The notes below the pieces were generated by a model. The model did no database searches and was not told the DNA's origin. It saw only the letters and a program-made list of their open reading frames with translations. Below are positions 33,864 to 43,099 of a stretch of DNA of 64,000 nt, piece by piece; position 1 is the first letter of the stretch, and the number at the start of each line of letters is the position of its first letter. Where the stretch lies: assembly GCA_963695345.1 (NCBI GenBank), contig OY968769.1:640001-704000 (forward strand), read 5' to 3'. The DNA comes from an uncultured Methanomassiliicoccales archaeon. Lineage in GTDB: Archaea > Thermoplasmatota > Thermoplasmata > Methanomassiliicoccales > UBA472. A program made the translations under genes and the position numbers.

Positions 33864-33979
33864 AACCATACATTTCGGGGACCTGGTCCCCTTAATTATC
33901 ATCTCTTTTTTATTCGTCCGATCCGTCTTCTCAGTCAAGTTCGAAAAATGCTAATATGCACCGACCATACCATCTGCCC

Positions 33980-34948
33980 ATGCTAGCGACGATCGCAGAG
34001 AGGCTCAAGCAGGGGAGGAAGGTCATCCTGCTTCATGGCAATGCCGACCCGGACGCATTGGGCTGCGGCTACGCGATCGCCCGCGCGTTCCCCGCGGCCG
34101 ACATATGCGCCCCGGGGGGACTGGACAAGATCTCCAAGGTGATAGCCGCGAAGCTCAGCCTCAAGGTCCTCGACCAGGTCGATCTGGCAGATTACGATCA
34201 GGTGGTCGTGGTGGACACCTCCTCGCCGGACCAGCTCGGTGAGTTCTCAGCCGTGCCTGCCGGTACGATCGTCATCGACCACCATTCCCGTTCCGACCGT
34301 TGGGGCGACCGGACCTATTATTGCGATGATTCTAAAAGGAGCTGCGCTGAGATCATCTACCAGCTGTTGAAAGTTGCCGGCACAAAGATCGAGCGGGATG
34401 TGGGACTGGCGCTGCTGGCCGGGATGTTGACCGACAGCGGGCACTTCCGATACTCCAACCCCGCCATCCTGCACGCCTTCGCCGATCTGATGAACGAGGC
34501 CGGATTGGAGATCGACGAGGTCATGTCGATGACCGACCTAGAGCCCGATGTGTCCGAGAGGATCTCCCAGCTCAAGGGAGCGCAGCGCATTCGCTTCGAC
34601 CGGGTGGGGGACCGCATCGTCGCCATATCGGTGGGGAGCGCCTATGAGAGCTCGGTCTGCAAGGGCATGCTGGCCATCGGGGCGGATGTGGCTTTCGTGG
34701 GTTCACAGAGGGACCAGAATTTCCGACTGTCGGCCCGGGCCAGACCAGAGATGGTGCGCATGGGTTTCCATCTGGGCAGATTGCTGGAGGATGTCGGCGT
34801 CGAGACGGCCAACGATGGCGGCGGTCACGGCGGGGCCGCCGGCCTGGTGGGGGTCGGGGATGTAGAGGCGATCCTGAACATCTGCATGCAGCGGACGATG
34901 GACTTTTTGAGAGAGAAGAAACGGGGCAGGGAAAACCTGTCCCCTTAG
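33980..34948 (+). CDS. DHH family phosphoesterase
   Basis: HGNADPDA, VVDTS, IDHH, TDSGHF, GGGHGGAAG. Confidence 0.9.
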   Translation: MLATIAERLKQGRKVILLHGNADPDALGCGYAIARAFPAADICAPGGLDKISKVIAAKLSLKVLDQVDLADYDQVVVVDTSSPDQLGEFSAVPAGTIVIDHHSRSDRWGDRTYYCDDSKRSCAEIIYQLLKVAGTKIERDVGLALLAGMLTDSGHFRYSNPAILHAFADLMNEAGLEIDEVMSMTDLEPDVSERISQLKGAQRIRFDRVGDRIVAISVGSAYESSVCKGMLAIGADVAFVGSQRDQNFRLSARARPEMVRMGFHLGRLLEDVGVETANDGGGHGGAAGLVGVGDVEAILNICMQRTMDFLREKKRGRENLSP

Positions 34949-34964
34949 TCCGTGATGGTGCCGC

Positions 34965-36023
34965 TCACCGCATGGACTTGACGTTGCCCACGATGTCCCT
35001 GATCCGCTCGAGAGTCTCCGGCTTCTTGATGAAATACTCCCGGGTCGGGGCCAGTATGCCCGCCAACGTTTCGGCGACCGCGTTCTTCAGGTCCATGGCG
35101 TGCAGCTTCCCGGTCAGGTAGGCCTCCTCCAGATTTGCGTATGAATCGAAGGTGACGTTCCCGCCGAACTTCTCCGGCCGTTTGATATCGATCCTGTCCA
35201 CGCGCTCGAAGATCACGATCCTGGCAATGGCCAGGACCGGATTGCCCTCGGCCTCGGGAGGACAGAACGCCTTTCCGATCTTCCGCTTGATGTCCTCGGG
35301 CAGATCATGGATCAGTATGCCGCTGTCCGGGTCGCTCTTGGACATCTTAGAGGCGAGCGGGTCCATGCGGTTGCCGCCCTTCAGGCCGGGCAGCAGAGGC
35401 GTGTGGACCGCCACTGGTTTCACCATACCCATCTTTTCCGCCCCTTCCCGGGCCAGCATGTGCACCTTGCGCTGGTCCATGCCGGCGTAGGCCACGTCGA
35501 CCTTGAGCATGAATATGTCCGTCGCCTGCAGGAGCGGGTAGATGAACTTGGAGGAATCCAGCTCCGCCTCTTCCTCGGTCCTTCCCATGATGGACAGGGC
35601 CCTCTTGACCCGGGACAAGGAAGCGCTCTTGCCCGTCTTGATCACCACCTCCCAGTAGTCGATATCATCCATGATGTCCGAGGCCAGCACGAATTTTACC
35701 TTGTCCCTCGGCAAGCCCAATGCCTCGAAGCAATCCTTCATGTACTCCGCGCAGTCCCTTATGTTCTGGATGTTTCCGCCGAGCTTGTCATTGATGTAGG
35801 CGTGCCAATCGGCGAAGAAGATGATGAACTCGAACCCGGCGTCGACGAAGTTCTTGACCTTCTGGGTTACGACCATCCAGCCAATATGCACCAAGCCGGA
35901 AGGCTCGAAGCCGACATAGCCCCGGGGAGCGTCCTTGGTGGCGAGCAGGGCCATTAGCTCCTCCGCCGTGATGATCTCCTCGGTGTTCCTGGCGATCAGC
36001 TTGAAACGCTCCTCTGGTTCCAT
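34965..36023 (-). CDS. tyrS: Tyrosine--tRNA ligase
   Basis: YVGFEPSGLVHIG (HIGH-like), ADWHAYINDK, YPLLQATD, GMDQRKVH, KMSKS. Confidence 0.97.
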   Translation of the reverse strand: MEPEERFKLIARNTEEIITAEELMALLATKDAPRGYVGFEPSGLVHIGWMVVTQKVKNFVDAGFEFIIFFADWHAYINDKLGGNIQNIRDCAEYMKDCFEALGLPRDKVKFVLASDIMDDIDYWEVVIKTGKSASLSRVKRALSIMGRTEEEAELDSSKFIYPLLQATDIFMLKVDVAYAGMDQRKVHMLAREGAEKMGMVKPVAVHTPLLPGLKGGNRMDPLASKMSKSDPDSGILIHDLPEDIKRKIGKAFCPPEAEGNPVLAIARIVIFERVDRIDIKRPEKFGGNVTFDSYANLEEAYLTGKLHAMDLKNAVAETLAGILAPTREYFIKKPETLERIRDIVGNVKSMR

Positions 36024-36307
36024 GTTATCACGGCCAAATCGGCGGACGATTATTAAGCATTATTTGGCGCTGATGATGAAAAGGAATGACGCGGGAGCGG
36101 TCCTGCGCCGTTTGCCCGGTGTTAATGATAGTAAGGAGCGCCGGGGCTGACCATTGATTCGCATATGAATCAAGCCGGCCAAGCCGCGTTCCATTTCGGT
36201 TGAGATCGAACACGATGATGAGCCAGATTCAATCTGTGAAGTGTTTTCGGATTAATAAGATTCATCTGACGAGACAATCAGGTATTTCCGAGATATTTGT
36301 CGCGTTT

Positions 36308-36323
36308 CAAAGACTTTAATTAT
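36308..36323 (+). promoter_or_regulatory. Putative BRE/TATA promoter of glnA
   Basis: CAAAGAC-TTTAATTA about 215 nt upstream of the glnA ATG. Confidence 0.5.
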
Positions 36324-36537
36324 TAGTTTGTCTATAGACTGCCGCCTTGATAGCCAAGAGCATGGACAACTGAGGAACAAGACCTCCAAAAAAAGGGGGT
36401 TCCGATCATTGTTCCAGCTCCGGGGCAATTGACAATGATGGCCTGGAAGGTTGCGGAACTAGTTCGGCACCACGTCAGGCCGCGCACATCTTCGGACCCA
36501 AAGGAAAAGGCAATCAGTTGGAAGGGTGAGGTAACAA

Positions 36538-37986
36538 ATGTCGCCAGCAGTGAAGAAAGAAAAGGTGAAAACGGGCAAGAAGGAAGAAGCATTAGAGATG
36601 GCCCAGTCCGGAAAGGTGAAGATGGTCGATTTCAAGTTCGTCGACCTGCCGGGCATGTGGCAACATGTTTCTATCCCTGCGAACCAATTGAAGGGCCAGT
36701 TCGAAGAGGGACACGGCTTCGACGCATCGAGCATCCGTGGCTTCGCACACATACATGAGAGCGATATGCTGCTCATGCCGGACGCCGAGACCGCGGTCAT
36801 GGACCCGGCATGCAAGATCCCAACGTTGAGCATCATTTGTAATGTGCAGGAGCCGATCTCTGGGGAAAGGTACAGGCGTGACCCGAGGCACATCGCTCAG
36901 AAGGCAGAGGCCTTCGTCAAGTCGTCCGGCATCGCCGACGCCGCCTACTTTGGCCCAGAACTCGAGTTCTTCGTCTTCGACTCGGTTTCGTTCGACCAGA
37001 ACCAGCACTCCGGATACTACTTCGTTGATTCCGAGGAAGGCATCTGGAACTCGGGAAGGAACGACACGCCGAACATGGGTCACCGCCCGAGGAACAAGGA
37101 AGGCTACTTCCCAGTCCCGCCGACCGACTCGCTGCAGGACCTGAGGTCCGAGATGGTCCTCAAGCTCATGGAGACCGGCATCGAGTGCGAGATCCACCAC
37201 CACGAGGTCGCCACCGCCGGACAGGGCGAGATAGGGATGAGGTTCAGCACCCTGACCACCATGGCTGACAAGGTCATGATGTACAAGTACGTCCTGAAGA
37301 ACGTCGCCCACGAGCACGGGAAGACCGTTACCTTCATGCCCAAGCCGCTCTACGGAGACAACGGTACCGGCATGCACGTGCACCAGTCCCTGGGCAAGAA
37401 GGGAGAGAACCTGTTCTACGACGCCAAGGGATACGCCCAGCTGTCACAGACCGCGATGTACTACATCGGCGGACTGCTGGCCCACTCATCGGCATTGCTG
37501 GCACTGACATCCCCGTCGACCAACTCGTACCGCCGGCTGGTTCCGGGATACGAGGCGCCGGTCAACCTGGTGTACTCGGCAAGGAACAGGAGCGCGGCCA
37601 TACGCGTACCTGTCTGTCAGAAGTCGCCAAAGGCCAAGAGGATCGAGTACCGGCCTCCAGACGCCACCTGCAACCCGTACCTGGCGTTCTCCGCCATGCT
37701 CATGGCCGGACTGGATGGTATCAAGAGGAAGATCGACCCGGGCGAGCCGCACGACATGGACCTGTTCGAGCTTTCCAAGGAGGAGTCGAAGAACATCAAG
37801 ACCGTCCCGGGCAGCCTGGAGCAGGCCTTGAACAACCTCGAGGCGGACCACGACTTCCTGCTGCGCGGGGACGTGTTCACCAAGGACATGGTAGAGACCT
37901 GGCTCGATTACAAGAGGACCAAGGAGAACGACGCCATCCGCCTCAGGCCGCACCCGTACGAGTACTTCCTGTATTACGACTGTTAG
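36538..37986 (+). CDS. glnA: Glutamine synthetase type I
   Basis: FDASSIRGF..IHESDM, GPELEFF, HHHEVATAGQ, TFMPKP..GDNGTGMHVHQS, NSYRRLVPGYEAP, RNRSA, RIEYR.PD...NPYL. Confidence 0.98.
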   Translation: MSPAVKKEKVKTGKKEEALEMAQSGKVKMVDFKFVDLPGMWQHVSIPANQLKGQFEEGHGFDASSIRGFAHIHESDMLLMPDAETAVMDPACKIPTLSIICNVQEPISGERYRRDPRHIAQKAEAFVKSSGIADAAYFGPELEFFVFDSVSFDQNQHSGYYFVDSEEGIWNSGRNDTPNMGHRPRNKEGYFPVPPTDSLQDLRSEMVLKLMETGIECEIHHHEVATAGQGEIGMRFSTLTTMADKVMMYKYVLKNVAHEHGKTVTFMPKPLYGDNGTGMHVHQSLGKKGENLFYDAKGYAQLSQTAMYYIGGLLAHSSALLALTSPSTNSYRRLVPGYEAPVNLVYSARNRSAAIRVPVCQKSPKAKRIEYRPPDATCNPYLAFSAMLMAGLDGIKRKIDPGEPHDMDLFELSKEESKNIKTVPGSLEQALNNLEADHDFLLRGDVFTKDMVETWLDYKRTKENDAIRLRPHPYEYFLYYDC

Positions 37987-38010
37987 AGTCGTGGCTATAA
38001 GGAACGAAAC

Positions 38011-38041
38011 CTCTTCCTTTTTCACTTTTTCTTTCGTTTTC
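38011..38041 (+). terminator. Oligo-T terminator after glnA
   Basis: CTCTTCCTTTTTCACTTTTTCTTTCGTTTT directly downstream of the stop codon. Confidence 0.55.
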
Positions 38042-38116
38042 CTGATTTCATCGAAAACATAATACCGCTATCGGCGATACACCCCTAGTTTGACCGATCT
38101 GGTCGGGTGGGCTTGA

Positions 38117-38776
38117 ATGGTAACGAATGGAATTCCCGAGATCCGCAAGCATGCGCTGGAATACCTTGCCGCCACGATCATTTGCCTGGCGGTCGCCCTG
38201 TTCATCGCCCTGACCTCACCCCAACCCAATCTGAGATTGCTTCTGGTGGCACTTTCCTACCCTTTGCTGGGAGGATTGATCAAGTACGGCGACCAGTCAT
38301 ATGATTCGGGAAGGTTCAGCAAGCGCATCTCGCTTATACTGGCCTTGCCCGGCGGCCTGCTCATGGGCTCCTTGATAATCGGGGACCGCAGCTCGGCGAC
38401 CATCTTCATCGGCATGCTCTTGGCCTTGCTCCTAACGGCGAAATACGACAACCTGGCATTCCAGCTGGGATTCGCGGTCACCGCGGTCTTCGCCCTGTTC
38501 TCGTTCCTCAATTTCCCGAATAACCTCGACCTGTTCGGGACCGGTTTGATCTTCCTAAGCGCCGTCGTCGATGAGGTGGCCAGCGACCAGGCCGATAAAC
38601 GCAGCACGGGCTTCGGTTTCTGGCAGGTCATGAAGGAGAGGCCGTTCATGAAGGTGGTGGTTTTCTTCCTCTGCGTTGTGGGGACCATCAGCTCCTTCTG
38701 CTATCTCTTTGCGTTCCTGGCCCTGGACATGGCGTATTCGTTCGTGGAAAGGATCCCCATGCGGAGTGAGACCTGA
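38117..38776 (+). CDS. Hypothetical integral membrane protein
   Basis: Multiple TM helices, GGLIKYGDQSYD and AKYDN motifs; stop overlaps the next ATG (TGATG). Confidence 0.75.
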   Translation: MVTNGIPEIRKHALEYLAATIICLAVALFIALTSPQPNLRLLLVALSYPLLGGLIKYGDQSYDSGRFSKRISLILALPGGLLMGSLIIGDRSSATIFIGMLLALLLTAKYDNLAFQLGFAVTAVFALFSFLNFPNNLDLFGTGLIFLSAVVDEVASDQADKRSTGFGFWQVMKERPFMKVVVFFLCVVGTISSFCYLFAFLALDMAYSFVERIPMRSET

Positions 38777-39837
38777 TGGAGGAGTACCACACGGTCATCG
38801 TCGGGGCAGGCCCGGCCGGCTCATCGGTCGCCGCGACACTCCGTCCATTACTGGGAAAGGACCATCAGATCCTGATGCTGGAGCGCCTCCCGGACAGCAA
38901 GTTCGTCAAGTATCACCGCATGTGCGGCGAGGTCATCAGCCATGCCTGCCTCAAGGAGGCGGGGTGCCTGGACCGCAGGTCGATCGTCGACGATATCACC
39001 AGGGCGGTGGACCATTGGCCCCAGGGCCACGTCATCGAGACCCGGCTAAGAGGATACGTCATCGACCGGTCGCTGCTCCTCAAGGGAATGAGGAGGAGGT
39101 TCGAGGACCACGGGGGAATCGTTTCCCGTGACACTGTCGAATCGATAAGGAAGGAGGGCGAGGAGTTCGTCCTGGGAACGTCATCGGGCCAGAAACTGAA
39201 ATGCAAGTACCTGGTGGGGGCCGACGGAGCCCAATCCACGGTCCGGGACGAACTTTTCAGGGACGCGGAGGTCACCAAGATATGGGCCGTCCAAGCGGTG
39301 CTGGATGAAAGGCCGGAGAAAGGTACGCTCCATTTCCACTACGACCATCGCTACCGGGGAGGCTACCGCTGGACCTTCCCCAACGGCAGCATCACTCGCG
39401 TCGGTTTCCCCCGGGGGACCGATGTTATCCCGGACAATGCCGTGGAGGTGCACCAGCGCGCCGTACCATTCGGTAGTCTTGACAAGATCGTGTGCGGGAA
39501 CGCCTGCATTGTCGGCGACGCGGCGGCCATGGTCAATCCTGTTTCGTTCGGCGGCATCAGGACCGCGTTAGTGTCCGGCAGGATGGCCGCGATGGCGATC
39601 GCCAAAAAGGACCTGGGGCAGTATCAGACGTCCTGGAGACGTTCCCCGTTCTCCGACCCGATATACATTTCTGGCTACCAGACCCTGGCGGCGATGTCCA
39701 ACGAGGAGATGGCCAGGTCGATGCGGCCGTATAAGGGAAAGCCCACGGCATTCAATCATGCCAAGGTGATGCTCAGGTATCCCGAGTTCCGGGCGTTGTA
39801 CCGTTCGAACAGCCTTTCCCTGCGCTACGGGTGGTAA
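38776..39837 (+). CDS. Geranylgeranyl reductase family FAD-dependent oxidoreductase
   Basis: IVGAGPAGS, CGE, IDR, VGADGAQS, GGYRWTFP, VGDAAAMVNPVSFGGI. Confidence 0.88.
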   Translation: MEEYHTVIVGAGPAGSSVAATLRPLLGKDHQILMLERLPDSKFVKYHRMCGEVISHACLKEAGCLDRRSIVDDITRAVDHWPQGHVIETRLRGYVIDRSLLLKGMRRRFEDHGGIVSRDTVESIRKEGEEFVLGTSSGQKLKCKYLVGADGAQSTVRDELFRDAEVTKIWAVQAVLDERPEKGTLHFHYDHRYRGGYRWTFPNGSITRVGFPRGTDVIPDNAVEVHQRAVPFGSLDKIVCGNACIVGDAAAMVNPVSFGGIRTALVSGRMAAMAIAKKDLGQYQTSWRRSPFSDPIYISGYQTLAAMSNEEMARSMRPYKGKPTAFNHAKVMLRYPEFRALYRSNSLSLRYGW

Positions 39838-39969
39838 GGCGTCCAGCCGGATCGAAGTTCTGAGGCCTGTTCTGACCGGCCGCAGCGTGGGAAGGATATC
39901 CAATTGAGGGGAACCGGGCATCCGGTATAGATTCAGGTGCCGTTCCGGTGTCTCGACGGGAGACCCCAT

Positions 39970-41325
39970 TCAGTTCCCTGTAAGCTTCTTCATGAGCATC
40001 TCGGCGGCTTCGTTGACGACGTCCTTGACCATCGAGGTGGGCGGACAGTACGCGTTCTCGAACGCGCTGACGAACTCCTCCGCGGTGACCCCCTTATAGA
40101 TAGCGGCGGTCAACCAGTTGATGCGTCCGGTGACCTCCTCGCCGCCCACCATCTGCGCTCCGATGATGTGATGGCTTTCCTTGTCCGCGAGCAGCTTGAC
40201 CACCAACATCTTTCCGCCGGGATAGTAACGGGCCCGGGTGGAGCCTTCCGCCACCGCCTCGACCACGTTCAGACCGTAGTAGTCGGCAAGACCTTTCGAG
40301 AGACCGGTCCCGCCTACCTGGATATCACCGATGACGCTGATGAACGGTGACAGGACCCCGGGCATGATGGCGTAGCCTCCGGCGGCGTTGATCCCCGCCA
40401 CCCTTCCCTGACGGACTGCCGCCGATCCCAGCTGGTTCATCGTGGGCCCAGGAGCGGCGGCGCTCTCACATTGCACCACATCCCCGGCGAGGAAGACGTC
40501 CTTGACCAGCCTTCCCTTCTTGTACGGCTGCATCGTCGGGCTCACCCGGACGGCGCCCAGCGGTCCGATCTCCAGGCCCATCATGTTCGGGAGTTCCAGG
40601 TTTGCCCTAACCCCGGTGGCCATTATGACCATCTGGCATGGCAGCTCGAGGTTGCCGACGACGACTCTCTCGACCTTGCCGTCACCCTTGATGGCGCCCA
40701 TCGGCGCGCCCATGACGAAGATGATGCCGAGCGACTCGCAGTGTCTCTGGACCAGCCTGGCCATGTCGGAGTCCATGATCCGGGGGACGACCTGATTGAA
40801 CATCTCGACCACCGCCACGTCCTTGCCCAGGCGCTTGAGCGCCACCGCCATCTCCAGACCGATGACCCCGGCACCGGCGACCACGACCGAGCGCACGCCG
40901 CTAAGCGCGTTCTTGATCGCCATCCCGTCCGCGATGTTCCGAACCGGGAAGACGCCGGGAAGTCTCACTCCCTCCACGGGAGGCAGGAATACCGTGCCGC
41001 CAACGCTGAGCACCAACGAATCGTAGGGATGCGTGGTGCCGTCGGCCGAGGTGACCGTCTTCTTATCCATGTCGACGGCGGTGACCTTGGTCCTGGTCAG
41101 GACCCGGATGTTCCTTTCCTTGGCATAGAACTCCGGGGTGTGCATGACGATAGATCCGAAGTCCTCGATCTTGCCCTCAATGACGAATGGAATGGCGCAG
41201 GGAGAATAGGATATGTGCTCCTCCTCGGTGAAAACTGTTATCTCTGCATCCCCAGCGCTGCGTGCGGCGGACGCCGCTTTCATGCCGGCGGCCCCCGATC
41301 CGATGACGATGACCCTCTTTGCCAT
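39970..41325 (-). CDS. NADH oxidase / CoA-disulfide reductase family flavoprotein
   Basis: IGSGAAG, redox Cys in YSPCAIP, GAGVIGLE, AGD, RYYPGG, C-terminal AYCPP. Confidence 0.9.
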   Translation of the reverse strand: MAKRVIVIGSGAAGMKAASAARSAGDAEITVFTEEEHISYSPCAIPFVIEGKIEDFGSIVMHTPEFYAKERNIRVLTRTKVTAVDMDKKTVTSADGTTHPYDSLVLSVGGTVFLPPVEGVRLPGVFPVRNIADGMAIKNALSGVRSVVVAGAGVIGLEMAVALKRLGKDVAVVEMFNQVVPRIMDSDMARLVQRHCESLGIIFVMGAPMGAIKGDGKVERVVVGNLELPCQMVIMATGVRANLELPNMMGLEIGPLGAVRVSPTMQPYKKGRLVKDVFLAGDVVQCESAAAPGPTMNQLGSAAVRQGRVAGINAAGGYAIMPGVLSPFISVIGDIQVGGTGLSKGLADYYGLNVVEAVAEGSTRARYYPGGKMLVVKLLADKESHHIIGAQMVGGEEVTGRINWLTAAIYKGVTAEEFVSAFENAYCPPTSMVKDVVNEAAEMLMKKLTGN

Positions 41326-41380
41326 GTCGTTCCTCAGGCTGGCTAATCCGAAGGCAGGCATATTAAGTCTTCTAGTCGGG

Positions 41381-43090
41381 TCAACTGAGAAGGCCCTTGA
41401 GCATGATGTCCACCACGAACGCGGAGACGGAACCGATCCACAGCAGTGCGATGAAGTGTATCCCTGCGCCAGCTATGTGGCCCCCGCGGAGCATGGGCAG
41501 CATCAATGATGAGAAGAACGCGTGGATGAAGATGATGGAGAAGACCATCAACTTGAGCGGCCCCACGTCGAAATGGGAGTTGAACAGGGTGTTCAGGAAG
41601 CTGGCCCCTCCCAGGTCAACATCCTCCAGTGACAGCCCCTGGATCGTGTTGGACATGTACTCCGAGATGCCCACGGTGATGTAGAGGGTGAAGGACAGCG
41701 ATACCATGATACCGTAGAGGACCCCCAAATAGCCGGAGGCCACTATCTGCCGCTTCTTCCTTATCGCCAGCACCTTGAACATGTTGGCGCTGATGAACAT
41801 GCTGGTCACCTCGGACTTGGCACCGCTGGTGACGCATTGGGTGTACACGTTGTTGAATTTCCTGATGAGGTTGCTGGACGATTCCGCGGAAAAATGCTTC
41901 CAGGCGTCGATGGCGTTGATGTTCAGGGCCAGCCTTTTCGCCAGGTTCTTGACCATGGAGGTCAGGGGGCCGAACTTGTGCATGGCCAGTTTGCGGACCG
42001 CCTCGCCCATGGTCTGGCCGCTGACCGACGAGGCCCTTCCCAGCGACCTGATGAACGCTCCGTAGATGTTGTCCCGTTTCACGATGTTGCGCTCTTCCCT
42101 GGTGATCAGGATCCCCGGGATCAGGAAGGGAAGGCAGACCGAGGAGGCGTACAGGCCGATGGGCAGATTGAGAGGCATCAGTAGGAATGTCAGCAGCGCC
42201 GTTCCCACTATCGAGATCACGACCGAGAGGATCATGATGCGGTCGCTGTCCTTGGTCAGCCTGTCCTTCTTCTTCTGACGCCAGCCGTACCAGATGTCGT
42301 CCTTGGGCAGCTTCGTCTGGATGAAATAGACGAACATGCCTTCCATGACGGCGAAGCCCATCACGATCCCTGCCAGCAGGGTATCGACGCTGCCCTGCCC
42401 CAGAAGCGGGACTATGGAAATGAAAACGCAGGCGAAGATGAGGGATGTGACGATCCCAGTGAACAGTTCCTTCACGAAGTCCAGGTCCTTCAGGCTGGCG
42501 TCGGCCTTCAGTGTGTATTCGTCCATGATCACTTCGTGCTCGTTCTTCAGGAAACGGTCCAGCTTCTCACCCACCTCCATGGAGTGGGACAGCCGGCTGA
42601 AGAAATCCGCCTCGACCGGCGAGGGGGTACGGGCGGCCACGAAACGGCATGCGTCCCCGGCCGCCACGTGGTAGAACTTGATGAGCCGGTATATGCGCTT
42701 CGAGTCCTCGGCCAATTGACCGTACTCGGTCTTCTGCGACATGACGTAGAACATCTTGTCGATGGGCATCTCGGAGGTGGATAGGGCCGCCAGCTCGGTA
42801 ACGAACAGGGGCATGTTACGCTCCGCCCTCATCTTGCTCTTGGATGAGGCGATGATCGGCAGCATCGCCACCGCGAATATGGCGAAGATGGGCAGGGCGT
42901 AGAGCAATACCCCGTACGAGGGATCGATGACCTGGCTGAGATACTGGGGGATTATTACGCTAGAAAGGAAGTACGGCACCACCAGCCCGAAGACCAGTAT
43001 GGAGATGAGGACCAGCCTGAAGTAGGTCTTGGGCTTCATCTTCATGTCCCGGAAGCCCTGTTTCAACCTCTTGCTCTTCATCTTCACCAT
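41381..43090 (-). CDS. arlJ: Archaellum membrane platform protein ArlJ (FlaJ)
   Basis: Multi-TM T2SSF-type protein with YG.LA, TPSP...DFFSRL, FIRSLG, HKFGPL, GGH motifs; follows arlI. Confidence 0.93.
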   Translation of the reverse strand: MVKMKSKRLKQGFRDMKMKPKTYFRLVLISILVFGLVVPYFLSSVIIPQYLSQVIDPSYGVLLYALPIFAIFAVAMLPIIASSKSKMRAERNMPLFVTELAALSTSEMPIDKMFYVMSQKTEYGQLAEDSKRIYRLIKFYHVAAGDACRFVAARTPSPVEADFFSRLSHSMEVGEKLDRFLKNEHEVIMDEYTLKADASLKDLDFVKELFTGIVTSLIFACVFISIVPLLGQGSVDTLLAGIVMGFAVMEGMFVYFIQTKLPKDDIWYGWRQKKKDRLTKDSDRIMILSVVISIVGTALLTFLLMPLNLPIGLYASSVCLPFLIPGILITREERNIVKRDNIYGAFIRSLGRASSVSGQTMGEAVRKLAMHKFGPLTSMVKNLAKRLALNINAIDAWKHFSAESSSNLIRKFNNVYTQCVTSGAKSEVTSMFISANMFKVLAIRKKRQIVASGYLGVLYGIMVSLSFTLYITVGISEYMSNTIQGLSLEDVDLGGASFLNTLFNSHFDVGPLKLMVFSIIFIHAFFSSLMLPMLRGGHIAGAGIHFIALLWIGSVSAFVVDIMLKGLLS

Positions 43091-43099
43091 GTGCCGGCC

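Noticed and set aside
28621-34948. Proteasome/exosome/RNase P/prefoldin cluster as a novel system
   Set aside because: This is the well-known conserved archaeal exosome superoperon.
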